From an uncultured Leptospirales bacterium (GTDB lineage Bacteria; Spirochaetota; UBA4802; UBA5550): a stretch of DNA of 64,000 nt. The notes beneath the pieces were generated by a model. It made no database searches and was not told the DNA's origin. It saw nothing but the letters and a program-made list of their open reading frames with translations. Shown here piece by piece: positions 28,113-37,500 of the stretch. Location of the stretch: assembly GCA_964645775.1 (NCBI GenBank), contig CAZYBU010000005.1:13339-77338 (forward strand), read 5' to 3'. The position numbers were made by a program, and so were the translations under genes. Within the stretch, counting starts at the first letter, position 1. Each line of letters begins with the position of its first letter.

Positions 28113-28132
28113 TCCAATTCTGACCCTCCAAT
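28105..28132. repeat. Exact tandem duplication of a 14-nt unit TCTGACCCTCCAAT
   Basis: Read directly (28105-28118 and 28119-28132). The first unit is the right half of a GGGTCTGACCC copy. Confidence 0.95.
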
Positions 28133-28163
28133 TCCAGTATGCTAATAATGCTAATTGCATCAA

Positions 28164-28586
28164 TTAATTTGAATTATCGTTCATCGTGTCATCTTTTCTT
28201 CGTTTTCCATCCCCCTCCGGGAAGAGCATCTTTTCCACCGCCCTGCGGGTGGCCCATTGTAGAAAGATTTTTGAATGTCGAGCCCCTGCAAGGTATACCC
28301 CCAGCATAAGGGTCAGATGAGAGATCCCGTAGGTAAGGGGGCCCCCCACAACAATGAGCAGTGGTTCACGATACAGCGCGGCTGCTATAGCTGCCAGTGT
28401 TATCAGAGGCCATCCTATCACGTAACTGAATAGAATCAGGGATAATCCCAAGATGATTCTGGGACCCGGTTTTTCCCGGAAGGCATTAAGGTCCGCCTTT
28501 CCTTCTACGGCTTCTCTAACGAAGGAAAACCCCATGAGACAATGCCCCATCCTGCGTAAAAACGTATTTAGCTTTTCTTTCGTCAT
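28164..28586 (-). CDS. Small membrane protein, function unknown
   Basis: A 140-aa ORF with three hydrophobic segments. I recognise no family. Confidence 0.45.
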   Translation of the reverse strand: MTKEKLNTFLRRMGHCLMGFSFVREAVEGKADLNAFREKPGPRIILGLSLILFSYVIGWPLITLAAIAAALYREPLLIVVGGPLTYGISHLTLMLGVYLAGARHSKIFLQWATRRAVEKMLFPEGDGKRRKDDTMNDNSN

Positions 28587-28866
28587 AGTTTTTGTTTGAA
28601 GCTTTTTTCTTATGCGATTACAATCATATGTTTCTTTCCCCGGATTAAAATGGTATCCTCCAGGTGAATTTCAGAAATCTTTCGTATCTACGGTACTTAT
28701 CCCTGAGCTTCTTTCCCAATTCTACAATCTATTATTCTCCTGTGCAAAACACTTTTTCAGCTACAGCGGTCTTTACCATAATTTATGATTGAATAAATAC
28801 CTGATCCTTTCTGTAATGGAAGCCGTAAAGTTTTATAAAGTGATCAGTTTTGACGGTTTTTATAGA

Positions 28867-30438
28867 ATGAATAGAAAATGTGATATTCAGAACCTGCTTA
28901 TTATAGATGAGACACCCCTCGCCCTGGAAGATGTTGTCGATGTCGCAAGAGGTAACTGTGAAATCGAGTTAAGCCGTAATGAGCGATTCCTCGGTATTCT
29001 GGAAAATTCCCGTCGTAAACTCCTTGATGCGATGGAGAAGGGTGTCCCGGTATATGGCGTAACCACAGGATACGGCAAGTCCTGCGGCAAGAGATTGGAC
29101 TCTTCCCTTGCCCTTATCAATGGGAAAAACCTTGTCCGTTTTCATGGTTGCGGTACCGGTGAGGTCTTGGGCAGGATTGAATCCCGCGCTGTCCTTATCT
29201 GCCGAATCGCTTCTCTTGTACAGGGGTACTCTGGAGTGAGCCATGGTCTCCTTCAGGCCCTCGTCGATCTTTTACGAAAGGATGTCGTACCTGTTATCCC
29301 TTCGGAAGGTTCCGTTGGCGCATCCGGAGACCTGACGCCCATGTCCTATGTGGCGGCGGTCCTTTCCGGGGAACGTGAGGTCTTTTTTCGGGGCGGACGA
29401 ATGTCGGCCGATCGTGCCCTTAAAGAGGCGGGTCTGACCCCCTATGAACTGAGGTCCAAGGAGGCCCTGGCCATCATGAACGGTACCACGGTTATGACCG
29501 GCCTCGCGGCCCTGGCTGCCTGGCGTGCCGGCAATCTTCTTGACAGCGTTGTACGGGCTACGGCCCTTTCGGTCCATGCCGTGCAGGGGAACAGGCGGCA
29601 CTTTCATCCCACGATCTCCCGGTCCCGGCCTTATGGCGGTCAGATACGTGTTTCCGACATGTTGAACAGGTTTCTCGACTCCAGTACTTCGGAAAGTCAA
29701 CTGGAGTCCCCGGCCCCGGAAGCCCTTCAGGACCCTTATTCCCTAAGGTGCTCTCCCCAGATCGCGGGTGTTCTTGGCGATACCCTGACTTGGGTCTGTC
29801 AATGGATCGAAATAGAGATTAATAGCGCTAATGATAATCCTTTGGTCGATCCCGATACGGGTGAAATCCTCATGGGAGGCAATTTCTACGGTGGCCATAT
29901 CTCCCAGGCCATGGATTCACTGAAGAGCAGTATTGCTTCTGTAGCGGATATGAGTGACCGGCAGGTTGCCCTTCTGGTCAACCCGAACGTAAACCGGGGC
30001 CTGCCGGCAGACCTGGTTGCCGAAAAGAAAGATGACTCCACCCATCACGGTTTTAAGGCTCTCTCCATCGCGGCTTCGGCATTGACGGCTGAGGCATTGA
30101 AAAACACCATGCCGGCCGCTTCCTTCTCCCGCTCCACGGAGTCCCACAATCAGGACAAGGTGAGCATGGGGACCATCGCGGCCCGGGACACTATGCGTAT
30201 TCTGGAACTGACGGCCAGGGTCGCCTCTATTCATATACTCACGGCTGTTCAGGCCGTTGAACTGCGGGGGAACTGCCACGAACGTCCTGAAATTGAAAGG
30301 ATGGTCCGGGAAGTACGGGCTGTAAGTGAACCGGTTCTCGAAGATCGGCCCCTGGACAGTGATATTGAAGAGGTGGCCCGGCGTATACTCGACAACAGAC
30401 TTTTCGGGATGGATAATGACCAGGAGACCAATAGTTAG
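28867..30438 (+). CDS. MIO-dependent aromatic amino-acid ammonia-lyase (HAL/PAL/TAL family)
   Basis: The MIO-forming triad is in GSVGASGDLTPMSY, and the family N-terminus is L.IDETPLALEDVVDVARG. The start is uncertain (ATG 28867, or TTG 28789 per the track). Confidence 0.85.
   Translation: MNRKCDIQNLLIIDETPLALEDVVDVARGNCEIELSRNERFLGILENSRRKLLDAMEKGVPVYGVTTGYGKSCGKRLDSSLALINGKNLVRFHGCGTGEVLGRIESRAVLICRIASLVQGYSGVSHGLLQALVDLLRKDVVPVIPSEGSVGASGDLTPMSYVAAVLSGEREVFFRGGRMSADRALKEAGLTPYELRSKEALAIMNGTTVMTGLAALAAWRAGNLLDSVVRATALSVHAVQGNRRHFHPTISRSRPYGGQIRVSDMLNRFLDSSTSESQLESPAPEALQDPYSLRCSPQIAGVLGDTLTWVCQWIEIEINSANDNPLVDPDTGEILMGGNFYGGHISQAMDSLKSSIASVADMSDRQVALLVNPNVNRGLPADLVAEKKDDSTHHGFKALSIAASALTAEALKNTMPAASFSRSTESHNQDKVSMGTIAARDTMRILELTARVASIHILTAVQAVELRGNCHERPEIERMVREVRAVSEPVLEDRPLDSDIEEVARRILDNRLFGMDNDQETNS
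29430..29440. repeat. GGGTCWGACCC palindrome copy (W=T)
   Basis: Exact 11-mer in the ammonia-lyase gene, decoded G-L-T. Confidence 0.95.
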
Positions 30439-30850
30439 CCACAGCATTGAGATGCAGGTCCCCTTTTATGATCTGGATCCCATGCAGATAGTCTGGCACG
30501 GAAATTACCTCAAGTACTTTGACCGGGCCCGGGCCGCTCTTTTCAGTCATATTAACGTGGATCTCTATGATATTTATAACGAAACGGAGTATCTCTTCCC
30601 CATTATCCGTTCCTCGGTTAAGCATATTACGCCTTTAATGTATAACGATCGTATCCTTTGCACGGCCCATTTGATGCAGGTGGATTACAAGATAGTCTTT
30701 GATTTTGAGCTCAGGCGGCTTAAAGATGATAGGGTCTGCGCAAAAGGGAGAAGTGAACAGGTGGCTATTCGAAACATGGATGGTGAAATGCTTTTTCGGA
30801 TACCCGGGTCTGTCCGGGAAAGAATACTTAATGCAGGAGAAGTCTCATGA
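30416..30850 (+). CDS. Hot-dog fold acyl thioesterase (4HBT/YbgC type; ApeK-like)
   Basis: VPFYDLDPMQIVWHGNYLKYF motif. The start could also be ATG 30452. Confidence 0.75.
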   Translation: MTRRPIVSHSIEMQVPFYDLDPMQIVWHGNYLKYFDRARAALFSHINVDLYDIYNETEYLFPIIRSSVKHITPLMYNDRILCTAHLMQVDYKIVFDFELRRLKDDRVCAKGRSEQVAIRNMDGEMLFRIPGSVRERILNAGEVS

Positions 30851-32589
30851 TAACCATGAACCGAAGCGGTATCATTTCCGGAGTGGAAAGGGTTGCCGCA
30901 TGGAAAGACCTTTTGAATGATATTAATGTCTTCCCTGTCGCCGACGGTGACACGGGAGTTAATCTTGTTACAAGCCTCTCTCCCCTTCGGCTTCTGGAGG
31001 TTGAGGCTGACGACGTCATCGACAGGATGCTGATCGCGGCCCGTGGGAACTCAGGTAACATCGCCACCCTCTTTTTTTCCGGATTCCTTGAAACCTGGCC
31101 CGTGGAGAACTATCCCCTCGCGCTTGAGGCGGGAAGGGATAGGGCCTATCGGGCCGTTTCGAGCCCGGTTCCCGGTACAATGTTGTCATTCTTTGATGAT
31201 CTCTGCGATAGTTTCAGCGAGCACAGGCCCGATATTAACCAGGGCGCGGAAGGAAAGGTTATAGCCGACCTCGTGGAGAGCGTTAAGAACACCACATCCC
31301 GGCTTCCCGCTCTTCAGGACGCGGGTGTGATTGATGCCGGCGCCCTGGGAATGTTCATCTTTTTCGAGACCTTTTTCCTCTCACTGGCCGGAAAAGAGGA
31401 AGGGTATGTCTCTATCCTTGATGAATTCAGTGAGGGTCTGACCCTCAAGGCAGGATACCGGGCTGAATCGGAAATGGGCTTCTGTGTAGATCTAGTACTT
31501 GAAGCAGGAGAGAATACATCTGACCTTGAAGAAAAAGTAAGCGCTCTGGGAGAGAGTGGTATCGTTATTCGGGAGAAGGACAGGGTGAAGGTCCATCTTC
31601 ATTCCGATGACCTGGAGAGTGTGCGGCGGGACATGGAGTCCCTGGGTACAATCGTCAACTGGTCCGTGGATGACATTGATGCACAGGTTCGGTCCTTCGG
31701 AAGAAACCAGACAGGCCGGATCCATATCGTCACCGATGCGGCTGGGTCCCTGACCATGGATCAGTCCCGTTCCCTGGGTTTGACTCTCCTGAATAGCTAT
31801 CTAAATATAGGAGACACCTCCAAACCGGAGACCTACTTCGATCCCGCTGAACTTTATCGGGCAATGGATCGAGGTATTCCCGTATCTACATCCCAGGCCT
31901 CAATCTTTGAAAGGCATCACTTTTACAGCAGTCTGTGCGAACGGTTTGAACAGGTCCTCTATCTTTCCGTCGGTTCCGTGTTTACAGGCAATTATCAGAC
32001 GGCTCTGGAGTGGAAAGAGAAGAACGATACCGGGGATACCTTCCGTGTTATCGATTCTACGGCGGCATCGGGACGTCTTGCCGTCTTTTCCCTTGCCGTT
32101 CAGCGGTTCGCGGCCGGGGACACTTCCCTGGACGAAGTTGAACAATACGCCCTTGATATCCGGGATCATTGCTCGGAGTATCTCTTCCTGAATCAGCTGA
32201 AGTTCCTCGCGGCCGGAGGGCGGCTTTCAAAAGGCAGTGCCTTTTTCGGCGATATGCTCAGAATGAAACCGGTCATCTCTCCCCTGGCGGAGGGAGCTAA
32301 GAAAATAGACGTTGTCCATACCTTTGAGCAGCAGGTGGATTACGCCCTGGACCGTGTTAGTAAAGAGCTTCCCCTCACTTCCCGTCCCCTGGTTCTTCTG
32401 GAGTATTCGGACAACAAAGAGACAGTGGAGGGTCTCATTTATGATAAGATTTCCCGCCTTCTCCCCCAGGCAGAGATTTTAACCGGCCCACTGTCATTGA
32501 CTTCCGGAGCCCATATGGGTCCCGGCACCTGGGGGATCGCATGGGTGCCGGAGGAATGCCTCCCGGAAGCACGCAGAGGAAGAGAATAA
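30847..32589 (+). CDS. DAK2-domain / DegV-domain fusion protein (single-chain fatty-acid-kinase-like)
   Basis: The N-terminal DAK2 motifs are FPVADGDTGVN and AARGNSGN. The C-terminal ~280 aa are DegV-like (IHIVTDAAGSL, STSQAS, LAAGGRLSKG, LRMKPVIS). The ATGA overlap with the thioesterase stop indicates coupling. Confidence 0.8.
   Translation: MITMNRSGIISGVERVAAWKDLLNDINVFPVADGDTGVNLVTSLSPLRLLEVEADDVIDRMLIAARGNSGNIATLFFSGFLETWPVENYPLALEAGRDRAYRAVSSPVPGTMLSFFDDLCDSFSEHRPDINQGAEGKVIADLVESVKNTTSRLPALQDAGVIDAGALGMFIFFETFFLSLAGKEEGYVSILDEFSEGLTLKAGYRAESEMGFCVDLVLEAGENTSDLEEKVSALGESGIVIREKDRVKVHLHSDDLESVRRDMESLGTIVNWSVDDIDAQVRSFGRNQTGRIHIVTDAAGSLTMDQSRSLGLTLLNSYLNIGDTSKPETYFDPAELYRAMDRGIPVSTSQASIFERHHFYSSLCERFEQVLYLSVGSVFTGNYQTALEWKEKNDTGDTFRVIDSTAASGRLAVFSLAVQRFAAGDTSLDEVEQYALDIRDHCSEYLFLNQLKFLAAGGRLSKGSAFFGDMLRMKPVISPLAEGAKKIDVVHTFEQQVDYALDRVSKELPLTSRPLVLLEYSDNKETVEGLIYDKISRLLPQAEILTGPLSLTSGAHMGPGTWGIAWVPEECLPEARRGRE
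31434..31444. repeat. GGGTCWGACCC palindrome copy (W=T)
   Basis: Exact 11-mer in the DAK2-DegV gene, decoded G-L-T. Extends to the 15-bp palindrome GAGGGTCTGACCCTC. Confidence 0.95.
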
Positions 32590-33809
32590 TGAGAAGGGTC
32601 GTAATAACAGGTGTGGGAGTTCGTTCGCCCCTGGGTCACACAGGGGACACACTTTTTGACGCCATTCTTGACAACCGTTCCGGTATCCGCGCCATGCCTG
32701 AATGGAAGAGTATAGATCACCTGAACTGCCATGTGGCGGGTTCCTGCGAGGATATCGATGAGAAAGCTATCCCCAGGAACCACAGAAGGACCATGGGGCG
32801 TGTCGCTGTCCTGGCCGGCCTCTCGGCCATGGACGCTGTCCGGGACGCCGGTCTTTCCGACGAGGAGGTTTCTTCCCCCGGTTGCGGCGTCTCTTACGGT
32901 TCCACGGAGGGGAGCAGCAGCGTCCTGGAGGAGTTCCTTTCTAAAATACTCAGCGACTACAGCCTCAAGGGCCTTGCCTCCTCTACGTACCTTAAATTCA
33001 TGAGCCATACCTGCGCGGCCAATATTGCCGGTATGTTCCAGAGCCGGGGACCGGTTATCGCCTCCTGTACCGCCTGTGTGGCCGGTTCCCAGGGAATCGG
33101 TTTCGGATATGAGGCTATCCGGGAGGGAAGGGCCGATGTCATGATAACCGGGGGCGCGGAAGAGCTCCACTTTGTCCACGCAGGCGTTTTCGATGTCATG
33201 AGGGCCACTTCCACAGGCTACAACGGCCGGCCGGAGGAGACGCCCCGTCCCTTTGACCGGGATCGGGACGGGCTGGTTGTCTCCGAGGGGAGCGGCTGCC
33301 TTATTTTGGAAGAGTACGAACGGGCCCGGTCCCGGGGTGCGAAAATTTACGGTGAGGTCCGGGGATACGGGACCAATTGCGACGGCTTTCACCTGACCCG
33401 TCCCAGCAGCGAGGGGATGTCCGGAGTCATGAAGAAGGCCCTGGCGGACGCTTCCCTGAACCCTGAAGATATTGGTCACATCAACGCCCACGCAACGGCC
33501 ACAGAGGCGGGAGACGTGGCGGAATCGGAAGCGGTCCATTCCCTCTTCGGTGACAGGGTCCCTGTTACCGCCTTCAAGGGATACCTGGGCCATTCCCTGG
33601 GTGCCTGCGGCGCCATAGAATCGATCATCTCTCTCTGGATACTGGCCCGGGGAGTGATTCCCCCGTCCCGTAACCTCTCCACTCCTGATCCGGAGTGCGC
33701 TCCCGTAGCTCACGTGAGAGAGATTATTGAAGAGAAACCTTTGCTTGTCATGAATAATAACTTTGCCTTCGGGGGTATAAATACCTCTCTGATCTTTTCT
33801 ACTCTATAG
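32589..33809 (+). CDS. Beta-ketoacyl-ACP synthase (FabB/F-like; ApeR-like)
   Basis: VVITGVGVRSPLG N-terminus, active-site SCTACVAGSQ, the H...H pair (FHLTRP, NAHATAT) and NNNFAFGGINTSLIF. TAATG overlap with the upstream gene. Confidence 0.85.
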   Translation: MRRVVITGVGVRSPLGHTGDTLFDAILDNRSGIRAMPEWKSIDHLNCHVAGSCEDIDEKAIPRNHRRTMGRVAVLAGLSAMDAVRDAGLSDEEVSSPGCGVSYGSTEGSSSVLEEFLSKILSDYSLKGLASSTYLKFMSHTCAANIAGMFQSRGPVIASCTACVAGSQGIGFGYEAIREGRADVMITGGAEELHFVHAGVFDVMRATSTGYNGRPEETPRPFDRDRDGLVVSEGSGCLILEEYERARSRGAKIYGEVRGYGTNCDGFHLTRPSSEGMSGVMKKALADASLNPEDIGHINAHATATEAGDVAESEAVHSLFGDRVPVTAFKGYLGHSLGACGAIESIISLWILARGVIPPSRNLSTPDPECAPVAHVREIIEEKPLLVMNNNFAFGGINTSLIFSTL

Positions 33810-33823
33810 GCGCCGTCTCTTTT

Positions 33824-34552
33824 ATGAAATCACCTTCCATAACAGTTCTCATCCCGGTCTATAACCACGGGAGCCGTATCGCCGGGGTTGTGCAGGATGT
33901 CATGGCTAAGGGATACGATCTTCTCGTGGTGGACGACGGTTCCACGGACTCCACCCGTGAAAAAGTGGAGAATATACCCGGAGTACCTCTGCTTATCCAT
34001 GATGAGAACCGGGGTAAAGGCGCGGCTCTGATGACAGGCTTTCGTGCTCTGAAAGATGGTTGCAGATGGGTTCTTACCATAGATGGGGACGGTCAGCACA
34101 GCGTGGATGACATAGAAGTCTTTATCCGGGAAATAGAGAGAGATCCCGAACCGAGGATTATATGCGGATATCGTCAGGGTATGGACGCGGAAGATGTCCC
34201 CTGGACCAGCAGCTTCGGTCGTAAGTTCTCCAATTTCTGGGTCCGTCTTTCCGGCGGGCCTCCCATCCGGGACAGCCAGAGCGGATTGAGGCTCTATCCC
34301 CTTCCGGAGAGCGCTGAACTGAACGTTAAGAGCAAACGGTATCAGTTCGAGATTGAGGTTCTTGTCCTGGCCCGCTTGAAGGGTATTCCGGTTACGGAAG
34401 TTCCTGTTCAGGTTAGCTACCAGGAGGGTGAGAGGATATCCCATTTCAAACCCTGGACCGATTTTTGGAGAAACGCCGCCACCTTCGCGCGCCTTATCAC
34501 AATGAGAATACTGCTATTCCTTCCCCTCAGACGGAGGATATCCTTCCTGTAA
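33824..34552 (+). CDS. Family-2 glycosyltransferase (ApeJ-like)
   Basis: ITVLIPVYNH...LLVVDDGSTDST and a later DGDGQH motif. Confidence 0.8.
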   Translation: MKSPSITVLIPVYNHGSRIAGVVQDVMAKGYDLLVVDDGSTDSTREKVENIPGVPLLIHDENRGKGAALMTGFRALKDGCRWVLTIDGDGQHSVDDIEVFIREIERDPEPRIICGYRQGMDAEDVPWTSSFGRKFSNFWVRLSGGPPIRDSQSGLRLYPLPESAELNVKSKRYQFEIEVLVLARLKGIPVTEVPVQVSYQEGERISHFKPWTDFWRNAATFARLITMRILLFLPLRRRISFL

Positions 34553-34562
34553 AGGAACCGCT

Positions 34563-37500
34563 TTGATCATGACGAGGAGAAAAAGAGTATTTTTATTGTC
34601 GATCATTATGGCCGTTCTGGCCGGGGCTCTTCTCCTGGTCCTTACCAGGTTGCAGGTAGAGAGCAATCTTATCTCCTCCCTGCCCGGTAATGATCCGGTT
34701 CTGAAACATTCCAGGGAGATTTTCCAGGCCAATCCCATACAGAATGTTGCCCTTGTAAGCCTGACCCTTACAGGCTCTGACCCCGGTATCCTGCACGACG
34801 CTGCTGAGGAAGTTAAGGAGAAGATGTACGGCAGCGGTCTCTTTCGTTCCGTGGGCGTGGAAGAGATGGGCGAGAGTTTCACGGAGATGCTTTTTTATAC
34901 CGCCAGGAATCTTCCCATCCTTTTTAGCGAGGAGGAACTGAAGAAGGCCAAACCGAATCTTGAGAAGGAAAAGGTGAGGCTTCGAGTCCGTGAGATTTAC
35001 CGGGAACTGACCGGTTTCGGCGGCATCGGTCAGGGTGAACTGATTTCCAGGGACCCGCTTCAGCTCCGGCACCTTCAGTTAAAAAAGATGGCCGGTCTCC
35101 TGCCCGTCGGAGATGTCCGGTACAGGGAAGGTAACCTTGTTTCATCCGACGGTCGGCATCTTCTTGTCATTGCCCGGACCTCCCCTGAGAAGGGAGAACC
35201 ACTGGAAGTCGACTCGTTCCTGAACGATCTAAAGAACGACCTGGAAAGAAAATATGACATCCTTGTTCATCACGCCGGGGCTTACAGGGCATCCGCTGAT
35301 AATGAGTCCATGATACGTGCCGATGTCCGGAGGGCGGTCATGATCGCCACTGTCTGCATTATACTTCTTCTGGTTTTTTCCTTTCCCAGACCCTGGATCG
35401 GTCTCCTGGCCCTTCTCCCCGCGCTGAGCGGTATCCTGCTGGCCATGGCCATCTTCGCTCTTTTCGGTATTCCCCTCTCCCTCATTGCCATCGGATTTGG
35501 AGGCGCCATCGTATCCATTTCCGTCGATCATGGCGTGGCTTATATCCTTTTTCTGGACCGCCCCTATCGGACCGAGGGGAAGAGAGTGGCCCGCTACGTT
35601 CGTAATCTGGGGCTCCTTGCCGTTATTACGAGTGTGGGCGCCTTCTTTTTTCTGGGGGTAAGCGGATTTCGAGTCTTCTCTCAGATCGGACAGTTCGCGG
35701 CCCTGGGGATTCTTTTCTCGTTTATTTCACTTCACCTGTTCTTTCCGGTACTGGTCCCCTCCCTTCCCCCTGCGAAGCGCTCCAGAAGCGTCCTTCTCCA
35801 GAGATTGACACTCCACATCGATCTGAAGAGGCTTTTTCCCCTGCTGGCGGGTCTGACCCTCATCTTTGCTTCAGTGATCCTCTTCAGGCCCCCGCATTTT
35901 GCGGCTGACATACGATCGATGAACTCCCTCCGTCCTGATACCCTTAAGGCGGAAGAGGCGATACAGGAGACCTGGGGTGACTGGGGAAGGAGCGGATACC
36001 TCATGATCCGGGCGGAGGATACCCTGATCCTGAGGGAAAAGAACGACAGGATCCATGATATTGCCTGTCAGGTTGGGGTCAGACCCGCTCTTCTCACCAC
36101 GGATTTCTTCCCTTCCATGGATGTCCGCCGGAAAAACCTCGCCTCCTGGAAGGAATTCTGGAACAGGGAAAGAAGGGAAGAACTACGCAGAACTTTCAGC
36201 CGGGCCGCCCGGGAAGAAGGATTACGGGCTTCGGTTTTTGAACCTTTCTTCGAAAAACTGAAAGACCCGGAGATAAAGGAGATCCGCATTGACGATGAAA
36301 TGCTCGATCTCTTCGGAGTCCGCAAAGAGGGTGATGGACTGGTCCAGTATGTGCCGGTCCAGGCCGAATCGAAGGAGAAGGCCTTTGAGTTTTTTAACGG
36401 AATTTCGAAAATGGAGGGGGTCCGGTACTATGATCCCGGTCTCTTTACGGAACGGCTTTCCCGATCTCTGGCCAGGGGATTTTTCCTCGTTCTGGGTCTG
36501 GTGGCCGCGGGCGTAACGATATTTCTTTTTTTCTATTTCCTGGATATTCGTCTTCTCCTTCTCTCCCTGGCCCCTGTCTTTTTTGCACTCCTTGCTACCA
36601 TGGCGATTCTCTCCCTTACGGGAGGAAGGCTCGGTCTGCCGGCTCTGATGCTATCCGTGGTGATATTCGGCATGGGGATCGATTATTCCCTGTATTATAT
36701 CCGCTCCTTCCAGTTTTCCGGGAGCGAAAGGGAGGAGACACTGGGATTAATACGGTTGACCATACTGGTGGCAGGCGCCTCCACCTTTTTCGGTTTCGCT
36801 TCCCTCTCTTTTTCCAGCCACGCCCTTCTTGAGAACGCGGGGATCGTCACCGGGCTCGGCATCGCGGGAACCCTGGTTTCAACTCTTATCATTGTTCCCT
36901 GGGGACTGGAAAAGATCGAGTCCTCGCGCAATCATAAAAGTATCGATACCGTGGAGCCAGGTTCCCGTAAACACAGAACCCTTACCCTGAAACGGTATTC
37001 CGGCCTTGAGGCCGGTGTGCGTCTCTTCGCGCGTTTCAAGATGATCCTTGATCCGATGTTTCCGCGACTTCTCGATTTTATCGGAGACGGGAGGGTCATC
37101 CTCGATATTGGCTGCGGCTATGGTGTCCCATCCAGCTGGCTTATGACCGTGATGCCGGAAATTCGTGTATATGGAATCGATCCGGATGACATGAGAGTCC
37201 GGGCAGCGAGCCGGGCCTGGGAGGGCAGGGGAGTGGCGCGCGTGGGTTCAGCTCCCTCTCTTCCAGAGGAAGGAGGCAGGGCAGACACGATCCTCCTTGT
37301 CGATGTTATTCATTATCTTGATGATGAGGAGTGTTCCCGGCTTTTCGAGAACTGCGCCCGGAGGCTTCATGGAGGAGGACGCGTCGTTATTCGCGTCACG
37401 GTGCCGCTGGAAGGGAAAAGGACTTTCTTCCGGTTCATGGAAGACCTGGCCGGAAAACCGACCGTGTTTCGTTCAGTGGCTCATATAACAAGGATGGCTT

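Noticed and set aside
22855-28790. Calling the AT-richer block an integrative element or prophage remnant.
   Set aside because: I saw no integrase, phage or conjugation genes, flanking tRNA or terminal direct repeats. Only a compositional observation is justified.
28867-30438. The ammonia-lyase as hutH of a histidine-utilisation operon.
   Set aside because: No hutU, hutI or hutG genes are nearby. The gene overlaps the first gene of the polyene cluster instead.
32439-33713. A 424-aa ORF antisense to the ketosynthase gene.
   Set aside because: Its translation is low-complexity and rich in Gly/Arg/Pro, and I recognise no motifs. It lies entirely opposite a gene with unmistakable KS motifs. This is a typical shadow ORF in GC-rich coding DNA.
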